Made by a program: the position numbers and the translations under genes. Under the pieces are notes generated by a model. The model saw only the letters and a program-made list of their open reading frames with translations. It made no database searches and had not been told where the DNA came from. Positions 1-12,200 of a stretch of DNA of 64,000 nucleotides are shown one piece after another. Source of the DNA: Octopus sinensis (lineage: Eukaryota); contig NC_043024.1 in NCBI RefSeq assembly GCF_006345805.1, positions 1,736,001 to 1,800,000 of the forward strand, read 5' to 3'. Numbering within the stretch: the first letter of the stretch is position 1; each line of letters starts with the position of its first letter.

Positions 1-50
1 CCAGGGTTTGCAGGATGTCCCCATCAAGCTCTACAGATCTTCCATCAATG
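1..50 (-). mobile_element. mariner transposase fragment
   Basis: reverse strand reads GRSVELDGDILQTL, matching the mariner remnant at 35041-35325 (shared tcctgcaaaccctgg). Confidence 0.7.
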
Positions 51-189
51 ATGCTTTCCACCTGACTTTCCAAAGACTTAATTACAACCTAATTAAGGTG
101 TTTTTGTTTTGAAACAAATACTATTTTAAGCAAACAAGCAGGTGCGCTTTCTGCGATAATTTGAGAAGTGGTGACGAGTGACAATTCTG

Positions 190-414
190 TAAATAATAAT
201 AATATTTTATAAGCTTAAAGCTTTTAAGCGATCACCATATATCGACCAAAGAAAAGAATCTAATATTAAGACATAGAAGCCCTTGACGGGGAAAAAGTGG
301 GTTTTCCGTATGGAAAACCATGCATACAGAAAACCTGCTTTTTTCCCCCTGGGATATACACAGTGAACGCTTATAAGCTTTAAGCTTATAGAATACTATT
401 ATTATTATTATTTA
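190..414. mobile_element. fold-back element / MITE
   Basis: outer arms tataagcttaaagctt(t/a)taagcg(a/t)tcac inverted at ~190-235 and 363-414; inner arms ggggaaaaagtgggttttccgtatgg / ccatgcatacagaaaacctgcttttttcccc. Confidence 0.7.
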
Positions 415-477
415 GAGAAATATCATTAATGGTTTTAGTGTCTGTGATTTCTCATTCCTCAGATTGTCCAAAGAGCA

Positions 478-586
478 ATGTCGCTCTTTAAAGTGCGTGA
501 TTGGTGGTCAACCAAAGTTGGTGTGGAGGAGGAATTTGACCAGGGATGTCTCTGTGTAGCCAACATCATCAATGGTGAGCAACATG
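478..586 (+). CDS. BBS9: BBS9 coding exon 1
   Basis: [36 protein letters not shown]; acceptor cag at 460-462 implies an upstream non-coding exon; donor G|GTGAGT at 587 (alternative in-frame donor at 575). Confidence 0.93.
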
Positions 587-3050
587 GTGAGTTACAGAAT
601 TTACTCTTTTTAAATGTATGTATGTATATATATTTTCGTAGACATAGCTAACGTTTTTTGGCTGCTATTTCTAAACTTCGGTATGTGGTAAAGCAAATCT
701 TTGCTGAACCCTAATTATTAAGTATTACTTAAGTTTACCATGAAATGATCCTTTTTTCATGCCGAATTCTACTTGGTGAAATTATTGATTACTTCTTAAT
801 TAATTAATTTTACCCTTTGTTATTATATATATTTTCGTAGACATATATGTAGCTGTGTGGTTAAGAAGCTAGCTTCCTAACCAAGTGGTTCCAGGTTCAG
901 TCTCATTGCATGGCACCTTGGACAAGTGACTTCTGCCATAACCATTGGCATACCAAAGCCTTTTGAGTGGATTTGGTAGATGGAAACTGAAAGAAGCCCA
1001 TCGTGTATATATATATATATAGGCGCAGGAGTGACTGTGTGGTAAGTAGCTTGCTTACCAACCACATGGTTCTGGGTTCAATCCCACTGCGTGGCATCTT
1101 GGGCAAGTGTCTTCTGCTATAGCCCTGGGCTGACCAATGCCTTGTGAGTGGATTTGGTAGACAGAAACTGAAAGAAGCCTGTTGTATATATGTATATTAT
1201 ATATATATATATACATATGTGTGTGTCTGTGTTTGTCCCCCTAGCATTGCTTGACAACCGATGCTGGTGTGTTTACGTCCCCGTCTCTTAGCGGTTCGGC
1301 AAAAGAGACCCATAGAATAAGTACTGGGCTTACAAAAGAATAAGACCCGGGGTCGAGTTGCTTGACTAAAGGCGGTGCTCCAGCATGGTCGCAGTCAAAT
1401 GACTGAAACAAATAAAAGAGTAATATATAAAATATTTATAATAATAAAGAATATTGAGACTTGTACATCCACAAAATTCATTTATTTTTATGTAAAAAGT
1501 TTCCATGCTCTTTATTATTTTTATTATCATTATTATCAATATATACTCCAGACAATTTTTATCATCCAGCAAAGAGTACACGGAATTACCAATCGGAGGA
1601 ATTCCATCTACCAAATCCACTGACAAGGGTCTGAGAGGCAAACCTCTCACCTGTGCCGCCACACCTGGCAATAATTAAGATATTTTCGTTGCTGTTTCCT
1701 TCTCCATCCATTCCTCTTTTGTTACAGATCAAATCATCACTGGGAGTTTCCAAGGAATGCTCCGGATCTACAACCCGCAACCTACCAAAACCAATCACGG
1801 ATGGAGTGGTTTCAGTCCCCAGCACCTTCTCCTCGAGACCCCGTTTCAGCTTCCCATCCTACAGATTTCTGCTGGCCAATTTGTGTCGTGAGTAGCAAAA
1901 CTTGTTTAACGTTTGTGACCTGCCTAAGATGGCAAGCTGGAAGAATCTGGGCAAAATGCTTGGCAGCATTTTTGCCTGTCCTTTCTGCCGAGGTGGACTT
2001 TGCCTGTCATCCTTTGGGGGTGGGGTCAATAAAATAAGCTTCAGTCAAATGCTGGGGTCAATGTAATCAACCAAACCCCTTCCCTGAAATTGCTGGCCTT
2101 GTGCCAAAATTGGAAACTGATATCAATATATTTAATAAGGTGGTGAGCTGGTACAGTGGTTAGCATGCTGGGCAAAATGCTTGGCACCATTTTTGTCTGT
2201 CCTTACATTCTGAGTTCAAATCCCACTCAGGTTGACTTTGCCTTTTATCTTTTTGGGGTTCATAAAATAAGTACCAGTTAAATGCCGGGGGGTTGATGGA
2301 ATCAACTTACTCCCACCTCTGGAATTGCTGGCCTTGTGCCAAAATTGGAAATCAATATTTGTGATTTGATTGATTTCTGTTTTTTTTTCTTTTTGCTGTT
2401 TTTACGTCTGATGATGGGATATCCTTTATATCCCCGAAACAGCTGTAAGGCCACCCTTCCCTTTATAAAATGTCCTAGAAATTTCACACAGCCTTGGCTT
2501 TGTTGTCTCATTTTATTCAACATATACATGCTCACACACAATCTGTGTTAGACTCCTCATTCATTGAACCGGGAGTCTAACAGCACTTACATAGCCTCAC
2601 CTGCCTTTTAGTCCTCTGGATATCAAAACCTCTCATATATATGTATATATAGGTGGCGAGCTGGCAGAAATGTTAGCGCGCCAGGCAAAATGCTTAGCGG
2701 TATTTCATCTGTCGTTACATTCTGAGTTCAAATTCTGCCGAGGTCAACGTTGCCTTTCATCCTTTCGGGGTCGATAAATAAAGTACCAGTTTCACACTGG
2801 GGTCGATGTATTCGACTTAATCCCTTTGTCTGTCCTTGTTTGTCCCCTCTATGTTTAGCCCCTTGTGGGTAGTAAAGAAATATATATATATACGCATTGA
2901 GCCGAACCAGGGGCAGCTGATGAAGGGGAATTTTTCCTGTATTGTTTGTCCTGTACTCTGTTTTTTCGTTGTTAAAAAAAAGTCCGTTTCCTAGTTTGTT
3001 TTATGTTTTCGTTTCTCGTTGAGTTCTATGTTTATTTGTGGTGTCCTGTA

Positions 3051-3084
<34 letters not shown>

Positions 3085-3345
3085 TGTATATATACATGTA
3101 GATGTAGGTACGTACATATATGTATGTATGTATGCATATATTTTATATGCATGGCTGTGTGGTTAGGGAGCTTGCTTCCTAGCTACATGGTTTCGGGTTC
3201 AGTCCCACTGCATGGCACTTTGGGTATGTGTCTCCACTATAGCCCCGAGCCGACCGGAGCTTTGTGATTGGATTCGGTAGGTGGAAGTTACTGCAGTGTG
3301 TGTATGTGTGCGTATAGCTGCTCAGTGCCTCTCCGAAAGAGAGAG

Positions 3346-3408
<63 letters not shown>

Positions 3409-4827
3409 ATGTGTGTGTGTGTTGTGTGTGTGTGCCTGCAAATGTGTATAAACGCAAGAGTGAGTGTGACTCTGGTGATTTACCAATTTCTTTGATGTGT
3501 TTTTGGGACCAAAACTGATTTGTCTTTATTCTCTCTCTCTACTTCCAGCGGCACCGACAAATTATACCTAGCTATTCTCCACCCACAGAAACTAAGTGTT
3601 TATGGCGTCACAGGTTGGTAGCAGCAACTTTATTCTGGTTTTTCAGTTGGTTCTTTCTGTAGAATGTGAAAGCAACTGTTGTTATTTAGCCCTGGGTCTT
3701 GACCATCCTGCTTTTTTGTAGAGACTGGCATGGCTGGGTGGTAAGAAGTTTGCTTCCCAGCCACATGGTTCTGGATTCAGTCCCACTGCGTGGCACCTTA
3801 GACTGTAGTCTTGGGACGACTCCTAAGCCCTGCGAGTGAATTTGGTTGATGGAAACTGAAAGAAGCCCATTGAATGTGTGTGTGTGTGTGTGCATGTCTT
3901 TGTGTCTGTGTTTATCCTCCCTGCTACTGCTTGACAACTGGTGTTGGTATGTTTATGTCCCCGTAACTTAGCAGTTCGGCAGAAAAGACCAATAGAATAA
4001 GTACTCATGACCTTGTGATCGTGAGGAGAATACTCAAATCACTCAGCCATGGGCCATCACTCCTGCCTCAATAAGCTCTGTCTGATCCATACAATGGGTG
4101 TTAAAATGACGATGATTGCAATTGAACTGTATCAAACTCTGTATTTCAGCCGTGACCGGTCATGTGGAACAGGGTAACCATTATCAGCTCTATCACATGT
4201 ATGAACACAACCTGCAGCGATCTGTCTACAACTTCTGCTACGGTCCGTTCGGAAATGTCTATGGTAAGATAATTCTTCAAATTTCTCTAGGTACAGATAT
4301 GGTTGTGTGGTTAAGAACTTTGCTTTGCAATGATGGGGTTTTCAGTTCAGTCCTGTTGTGTGGTACCTTGGGCAAGTGTCTTCTACTATAGCCTCAAGTT
4401 GACCAATGCTGAATAGAAAGAAACTATTCAGTAGCCTGTCACACATATATATATATACATGTGTGTATATATGACAGGCTTCTGAATAGTCTTTAAAAAA
4501 AACTAACATTTGATATGTTATACAGAATTCAAATTTTATATCTCTGAAGAGCAGAAGCATTGTCTATAAATGCTTATCAATATAGGATTTCATTATAGGG
4601 ACAACTCTTCTGTGAAACGATTGTAAGATGCTTTAAATACTTATTTCAAAACTTTTAAACTGTCATATACATTATATATTATACTTATACATATTTACAT
4701 ATATTTTTATACAAATTTATATTTATTTATTTATATATTTTTAATACAACAATTATTTTTCACACATGTATATCTTTCTGAGGAGTTTTCTGATAGTGAT
4801 TTCCTAATATTAATAATAATATATTAT

Positions 4828-4868
<41 letters not shown>

Positions 4869-5384
4869 ATTGAATATAATGTTGTTGATGATGATGAGGG
4901 TAAGAGGGGTGTTTGTGATGATGATGATGATAAAAATGATTATGATGTTGACTATGAAGATGGCAATGATGATGATGACGATGATGATAAAAGTGGTCGT
5001 TGTCATAATAATGGCAATGACGATGTTCATGGTGATAATTAAAATTTCTTCCTTGATTCACGATTGTGTCTTAACCTTCCTGGCTTACGTGTCTGCATGT
5101 CTCTGTCTGTCTGTGTGTCTCTCTAGGCAAAGACTTCATCTGCGTCCAGTCCCTCGATGGTACAGTGTCCGTGTTTGAACAGGAGAGCTATGCATTCACA
5201 CGCTTCCTTCCAGCAGCTTTCATCCCGGGCCCCATGAAGTACGTCCCCAGCACCGACTCACTGGTCACCGTGTCTTCGAGTCGTTTGGTCGAATGCTACA
5301 AGTAAGTCAGTTACCTACATATCACCACCACCACCACTACCACTAATACTACTACTACTACCACCACCACCTCTACTACTACTA

Positions 5385-5440
<56 letters not shown>

Positions 5441-8400
5441 TCTCATTCACTCGTTGCTACTTTGTCAGTTACTGTCATTGTGTGCATGTGAATATAGACA
5501 TACACACACACACATGCATGCATGCATGCGCAGAAGTGCACACATACAGATTGAGTGAGAGAAAGAGGGAGGGAGAGAGTGAGAGAAGGAGATAGAGAGG
5601 AAGAGTGAGAGACATTGCAATGAATTAATTGAACATGAATGACAAAAAAACTTCGTTTCTCACACAAATAAACAGGGAGAGAGAGAGAGAGAGAGAAAGA
5701 AGAAGGAATCCAGCCTAGGCCCCCACCTCTACGGCATTCACTGCTGGAATAAGGAGTGGTTGGAGATCATGTGGTCGTTAGCCTCAAATCGCCAGGCCTG
5801 GTCGGCGTTTGTGAGAGATGCAGCATTGAGGATGAATGAAGCCAGCTCAACCCACCCCGGGTGGATGCTGTCTCAAGACAAGAAGAGGAGAAGAAAGAGA
5901 GAGTGAGATAGATAGATAGATAGAGAGAGAGAGTAAGAAAAACATTAAAAGGTCTGATGTCAAACAAGTCAGCATGAAATAATCAGTGCCAAATGGGCGG
6001 CACCAAAACAGCTGTGCCAAAACGTCTCATACCTGAATCTATGTCCCTCAGTATACCAGCCTCGGATCTGTTCTGTTGCTTCAATTCCATTCAGTTATTT
6101 CATGCGCAGGTTTTTCTATTTCCGCAGATACCAAGTTCTTGCAGTGGCAACAGATTCTAAAACCAAAGAAGAATCACAGAATATAAAACAGGGCAAACGT
6201 GTAACGGTTCGTTGGCTTTTGAAGTTATTGTTCTTGTTTCAAATAATAATAATAATAATGAAATTATTGTATACAATGCTCAGGTGCACCACAACTTGTC
6301 AAAAGTGCATATAAAGTACATGCAGTAATGTACAAATGTCTGGAAAGCGAACAATGTATGAGTCAGATACATGCTTGTGTGTGTATGGAGGGAAGAAAAT
6401 CAGGTGTAGTGTTGGCAAATCTCAGGAAGCATGGAAGTTTGGAAGGATGCAGTGCTCCGACAACTAACAACTGATGCCGGCAGTTTGTTCCATGCTTCAG
6501 CGTGTGTATGGAGAGGAGAAAATCAGGTGTAGTGTTGGCGAATCTCAGGAAGCATGGAAGGTTTGAAGGATGCAGTGCTCTGACAACTAACAACTGATGC
6601 CGGCAGTTTGTTCCATGCTTCAGCGAGTGTATGGAGGGGAGAAAATCAGGTGTAGTGTTGGCGAATCTCAGAAAGCATGGAAGTTTTGAAGGATGCAGTG
6701 CTCCGACAACTAACAACTGATGCCGGCAGTTTGTTCCATGCTTCAGCGTGTGTATGGAGGGGAGAAAATCAGGTGTAGTGTTGGCGAATCTCAGAAAGCA
6801 TGGAAGTTTTGAAGGATGCAGTGCTCCGACAACTAACAACTGATGCCGGCAGTTTGTTCCATGCTTCAGCGTGTGTATGGAGGGGAGAAAATCAGGTGTA
6901 GTGTTGGCGAATCTCAGAAAGCATGGAAGTTTTGAAGGATGCAGTGCTCCGACAACTAACAACTGATGCCGGCAGTTTGTTCCATGCTTCAGCGTGTGTA
7001 TGGAGGGGAGAAAATCAGGTGTAGTGTTGGCGAATCTCAGAAAGCATGGAAGTTTTGAAGGATGCAGTGCTCCGACAACTAACAACTGATGCCGGCAGTT
7101 TGTTCCATGCTTCAGCGTGTGTATGGAGGGGAGAAAATCAGGTGTAGTGTTGGCAAATCTCAGAAAGCATGGAAGTTTTGAAGGATGCAGTGCTCCGACA
7201 ACTAACAACTGATGCCGGCAGTTTGTTCCATGCTTCAGCGTGTGTATGGAGGGGAGAAAATCAGGTGTAGTGTTGGCGAATCTCAGAAAGCATGGAAGTT
7301 TTGAAGGATGCAGTGCTCCGACAACTAACAACTGATGCCGGCAGTTTGTTCCATGCTTCAGCAACTCTCAGCGTGAAAAAATGTTTCCTAAAGTTATGGG
7401 AGCTGTGCTGTTTTCTGACTTTGTAAACACGTCCACAGGTGTTAGACGGGTGGAGTTTGAAAAGGTGCTCAGAGTTATTGTTTGTAAGATGGTTGTAAGA
7501 TGTTGTGGTTTGCATGGAATACAGAATTCCAATCAATAGTATGGTAGTGAAGATAGAACTATAGTATTTGTAATGACTGTATGGCAGAGACCTATCTATC
7601 ACTGAAGCTAACAATCACAATAGTATGCCCAGAACATACCTTTCCAATATATTACTCACCTGGTGCAGGTGTGGCTGTGTGGTAAGATATAAAGGTGCAG
7701 GCATGGTTGTGTGGTAAGAAGCTTGATTCCTGACCGTATGGTTCTGGGTTCAGTCCCACGGTAAGAAGCTTGATTCCTGACCGTATGGTTCTGGGTTCAG
7801 TCCCACTGTGTGGAACCTTGGACAAGTGTCTTCTACTATATTTGAGCCGTCCAAATCCTTGTGTATGGATTTGGTAGATGGAAACTGAAAGAAGCCTGTC
7901 ATGTATATATATGTATATATTTGTGTTTGTCCGCTTGACAACCGGTGCTGGTGTGTTTGCATTCCCATAACTTAGCGGTTCGGCACATGATCATAAGGTT
8001 TGATTCCTGGTGTCACATTGTTTCCCCGAGCAAGACATCATCACACATGCTGGCATGAGTTAGATGGTTTGACAGCAGCTGGCAAGCCCAAGGGGTTACA
8101 CCAAGCTACACTCTCTGTTTTGGCATGGTTTTCACTGCTGGATGCCCTTCCTAATGCCAACCACTTTACAGAATGTCCTAGGTGCTTTTATGTGGCACCA
8201 GCACAAGTGAGGTCAGTTTTGGCATGGTTTTTACAGCTGGATGCCCTTCCAAATGCCTACCACTACAGAATGTCCTAGGTGCTTTTCATGTGACACTTGC
8301 ACTGGAGAGGCCTGTTTTGGCAGGATTTTTACAGCTGGGTGCTCTTCCTATTTCTTTACTACCCACAAGGGGCTAAACACAGAGGGGACAAACAAGGACA

Positions 8401-9123
8401 GATAAATGGATTAAGTCGATTATATCGACCGCAGTGCGTAACTGGTACTTATTTAATCGACCCCGAAAGGATGAAAGGCAAAGTCAACCTTGGCGGTATT
8501 TGAGCTCAGAACGTAACAGTGGACGAAATACCGCAAAGCATTTCGCCCGGCGTGCTAACATTTCTGCCAGCTCGCCACCTTTGGGTGCCCTTCCTAACAC
8601 CAATCACTTTATAGAGTGGACTGGATACATTTCCCCAAGGTGCCAGCTCTGGCAAGGTCACCTGGCACCAGCACCTGGCACTTGTGGATCCAATTTAAAA
8701 ATTCCATGTGGTGTGCCGTTATTTCTGCCTGTTTCACAAACTTCCTTTTTTAATCTGTTCTTTATGGGTTTTTCCTGTCTTTGCAGCCGCACTGGGTGTA
8801 TGGTATCGAAGAAAATGCATTGGACATCACAACAATCACATACTGTGCCCAGGAAACATTGTGTTTCATTTTAGTTCTTGGTAAGTTCTGTATGGAAGGC
8901 CCTCACTCACACACACAAGCCCACACTCACACACACAGGCCCACACTACACACACAGGCTCGCACTCACGTATACAGGTCCACACTCACACACTCACAGT
9001 CCCATAACTTTGATTTGTGTGCTATAAAAGAACACAGTATGTTAGGCCTCCAACCTGGCCTTTCATGATATCCTTAAATCCGGGAACTTTTTAGCACCTT
9101 ATCGTGTGTGTGTATATACATAA

Positions 9124-9165
<42 letters not shown>

Positions 9166-9171
9166 ATATAC

Positions 9172-9202
<31 letters not shown>

Positions 9203-12200
9203 ATATACACACATACACATACACATATACATATATATATATACATACTCACATATATACACTCACATATATATAAAATGATGGAGACAGAAGCTATTAA
9301 GAATATACCCCATACTTAAATGTTTATTTATATATACAAGGAGGGGGGCTGAAAAGTTCCTGGCTTTGAGTAAAAGAAAATATAGAAGGATCAGTTAATC
9401 ATGATTTTATTCAACATATTCCCTTCTCAGGTTCACACCCTTATTGCAGTGATCCTTCAGTTTTTCTAAGCCCTGTAAAAGAACCCAGAAGGTTGGGCCT
9501 CCAACCAGAGCTTTCGCGATACCCAGGATCTTCTCAGCCCTACCCTGTCATATATTTGACAGAGTGATCTGAATGCTAAAGGCTTAAGTGATTAGTTTTA
9601 TGTCTCCCTAATTTATTTTTAGACTCCAAATTGGAGTATATATATGTATATATATGTGTATATATATATGTATGTATATAAGCTAGATGTATGGAGCCAA
9701 ATTTCTGTCGGTTTTCGTTCCAGGTGAGCGTAACATATATTTGCTGACAGAGAACGGTTGTTTGCATTTCATGAAGAAACTGGAATATGATGTCAGCTGT
9801 TTCTGTTCCTATGTGTCAAGTAAGTTTCAAACGTTATTCCAGGTATTTGTTTCTTTTGCCGTATTTGTCCATTTTCTTCAAATAAATGCCATTGGTCACT
9901 CTCACTTTTCTTTAACCCTTTTGATCCCAACCTACCTGAGACTGCCCCTAGCTCTCTGATACAAACATTCTGTTTTCAAGAGTTCTGAATTAAAATCTTC
10001 CGTCAAAATTTAGTGTTAATGTTATAATCCAAACACCAGTTGCATGTAGCGTCAATGAGTGTCAGTGGGCGACTGACTGTCTTGTCAAATTTTTTCCCTT
10101 TAAATACCTGCTGCTAGGCTCCAGCAGGCAGCCCCAGCAAGTTGTCATGTGACACTGTCTCAACTTTAATAACAACAAAGTGATTTTATTAAATTCTTTG
10201 TAACATTTAAAATCAATTGAAATAAACACAGACTTTCTCAAGAGAAATATGGTAAAAAAAGGTTAAAACATGACCTTTGATCTTTGGACTTGACCTTTCA
10301 ACTTGACCATCTTGTTAAATTCCAGCACATTTTTAACATTTTTCAGTAGGATTCTTTTTTTCTGTGACCTCTCTACCCAACCATATCAATGAAACAGTTC
10401 CTGTGATTTTTTTCAGTAAGATCCTTCTTTTTGTGTTTACCAAAGACTTCCTTAAATTCTTGACCCCTTTTTTTTCTGTAACCTCTCTACCTGACCCTAT
10501 CAGTGAAACTGTCCCTGCATTGTTTTTATCCCCACAGACTCAGTGAAGTTTCTTGTGGCCACTCATGCAGCATCTCTATTGGTCTATCAAGATGTGGAGC
10601 TCCTGTGGGCAGCCAAAATGGACCACACCCCAGTTCATATCTGTACTGGCACCTTCCAGTAAGTTACTCTTATTTATATATAGGCAGAAGCAGGGGGGCT
10701 TCATGGTTCAGGTGTGGCTAACAGGTGCAAGCATCTTTATAGGACCAGGTATGGCTATAGACACAGGTGTGACTGGGTGGTTAAAATGTTTCCTTTCCAA
10801 CCACATGGTTTCGGGACCAAAGCTTTGTATGCATGTCTTAGATGGAAACTGAAAGAAACCCATGTATATGTGCAGGAGTGGCTGTGTGGTAAGAAGCTTA
10901 CTTCCCAACCATATGGTTCCAGGTTCAGTCCCACTGCGTGGCACCTTGGGCAAGTGACTTTTGCTATAGCCTCGTCCCAACCAAAGCCTTGTGAGTGGAT
11001 TTGGTAGATGGAAACTGAAAGAAGCCTGTCGTATATATATGTATATATATATGTGTTTGTGTGTCTGACTGGTAGGCCCCGAAATGGCATGCATTCTCTC
11101 CTGATGACCTCATACACTTGCTGGCTTCTGGTATGCAGAGTTTTTGACTGGTAGCACTTGCATTTTAGTTGGTAGGATCTGTTGAGATTTGTTTTGGGTT
11201 TTCTGTATTTAACAACTTTGTTGCCTCATTTCTCTCCCCGACAAATCTTTTCAATCTCTCTCCCTTGTTCTCTGTTGCTGCCGTAGGGGTATCAAGGGTT
11301 TAGTTGTTAGCCTGACAGAGAATGGTTACCTGCAAGTCTCCTACCTGGGTAGTGACCCAGACCTGTTCACTCCTCCGATGGTCGATTCTCGTGACGTCCG
11401 CTATGACGACATCGACAAAGAAATCAGCTCCTTGAACAAGAAGATCCGTCAGTTGTCTCACAAGGCTGGTAAGAGATTCCTTTATTTGTCATTGTCTTAT
11501 TTCATTTAATTATAATTTAACATCCCTGTCTCTGGTGGGGAAGGTGGCCAGTGTCCATATTCCCAAATTGCCGTAATTGTGGCCAAACATTGCACATGGT
11601 GTTCTTTTAGACTTCGTTAATTAGTGTGCTCATTAAATTATCCCAATTCATTTCCTTCTTATTTGTTTAACCCTTTAGCATTCAGATTTCTCTGTCAAAT
11701 GTAATGTGCCAGCCGTGGTTGTTGCCAGCGTTGCCTTACCGGCACATGGGAAACATCATTCAAGTGTGGTTGTTGCCAGTGCCACCAGACTGGCTCCTGT
11801 GCAGGTAGCACATAAAAATGCCTTTTTAGCATGGTTGTTACCAGAACCGCCTGACTGGCCCTCGTGTCGGTGGCACATAAAAGCACCCACTACACTCTCA
11901 GAGTGGTTGGTGTTAGGAAGGTCATCCAGCTGTAGAAACTTTGGCAGATCAAATTGAGCCTGGTGCAGCCATCTGGCACACCAGTCCTCTGTCAAACTGT
12001 CCAACCCACATGACGAAACCAGTGCAGTCTTTTCTCTCTTGCACACAGCAACCGTTCCTCTTATGTCTAACTTCTCTCTCAGAACACTTGCCCTCTGTTG
12101 AACATGTATGTTTACATTACACATCCAGCGGAGCATACTAGCCCTGTTCCTTTCTAACCTTTACATTTCCTCTGCATTTAGGGCCCACATCTCACTACCA

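Noticed and set aside
2895-2950. CTGATGA plus hairpin resembling a hammerhead 5' half
   Set aside because: No downstream GAAA or NUH on that strand; at most a decayed fragment
6379-7361. CRISPR-like array
   Set aside because: Contiguous units with no unique spacers; eukaryotic intron
6363-7364. 333-aa repetitive ORF
   Set aside because: Alternative frame of the 123-bp LINE-derived array; not the LINE frame and no independent coding evidence
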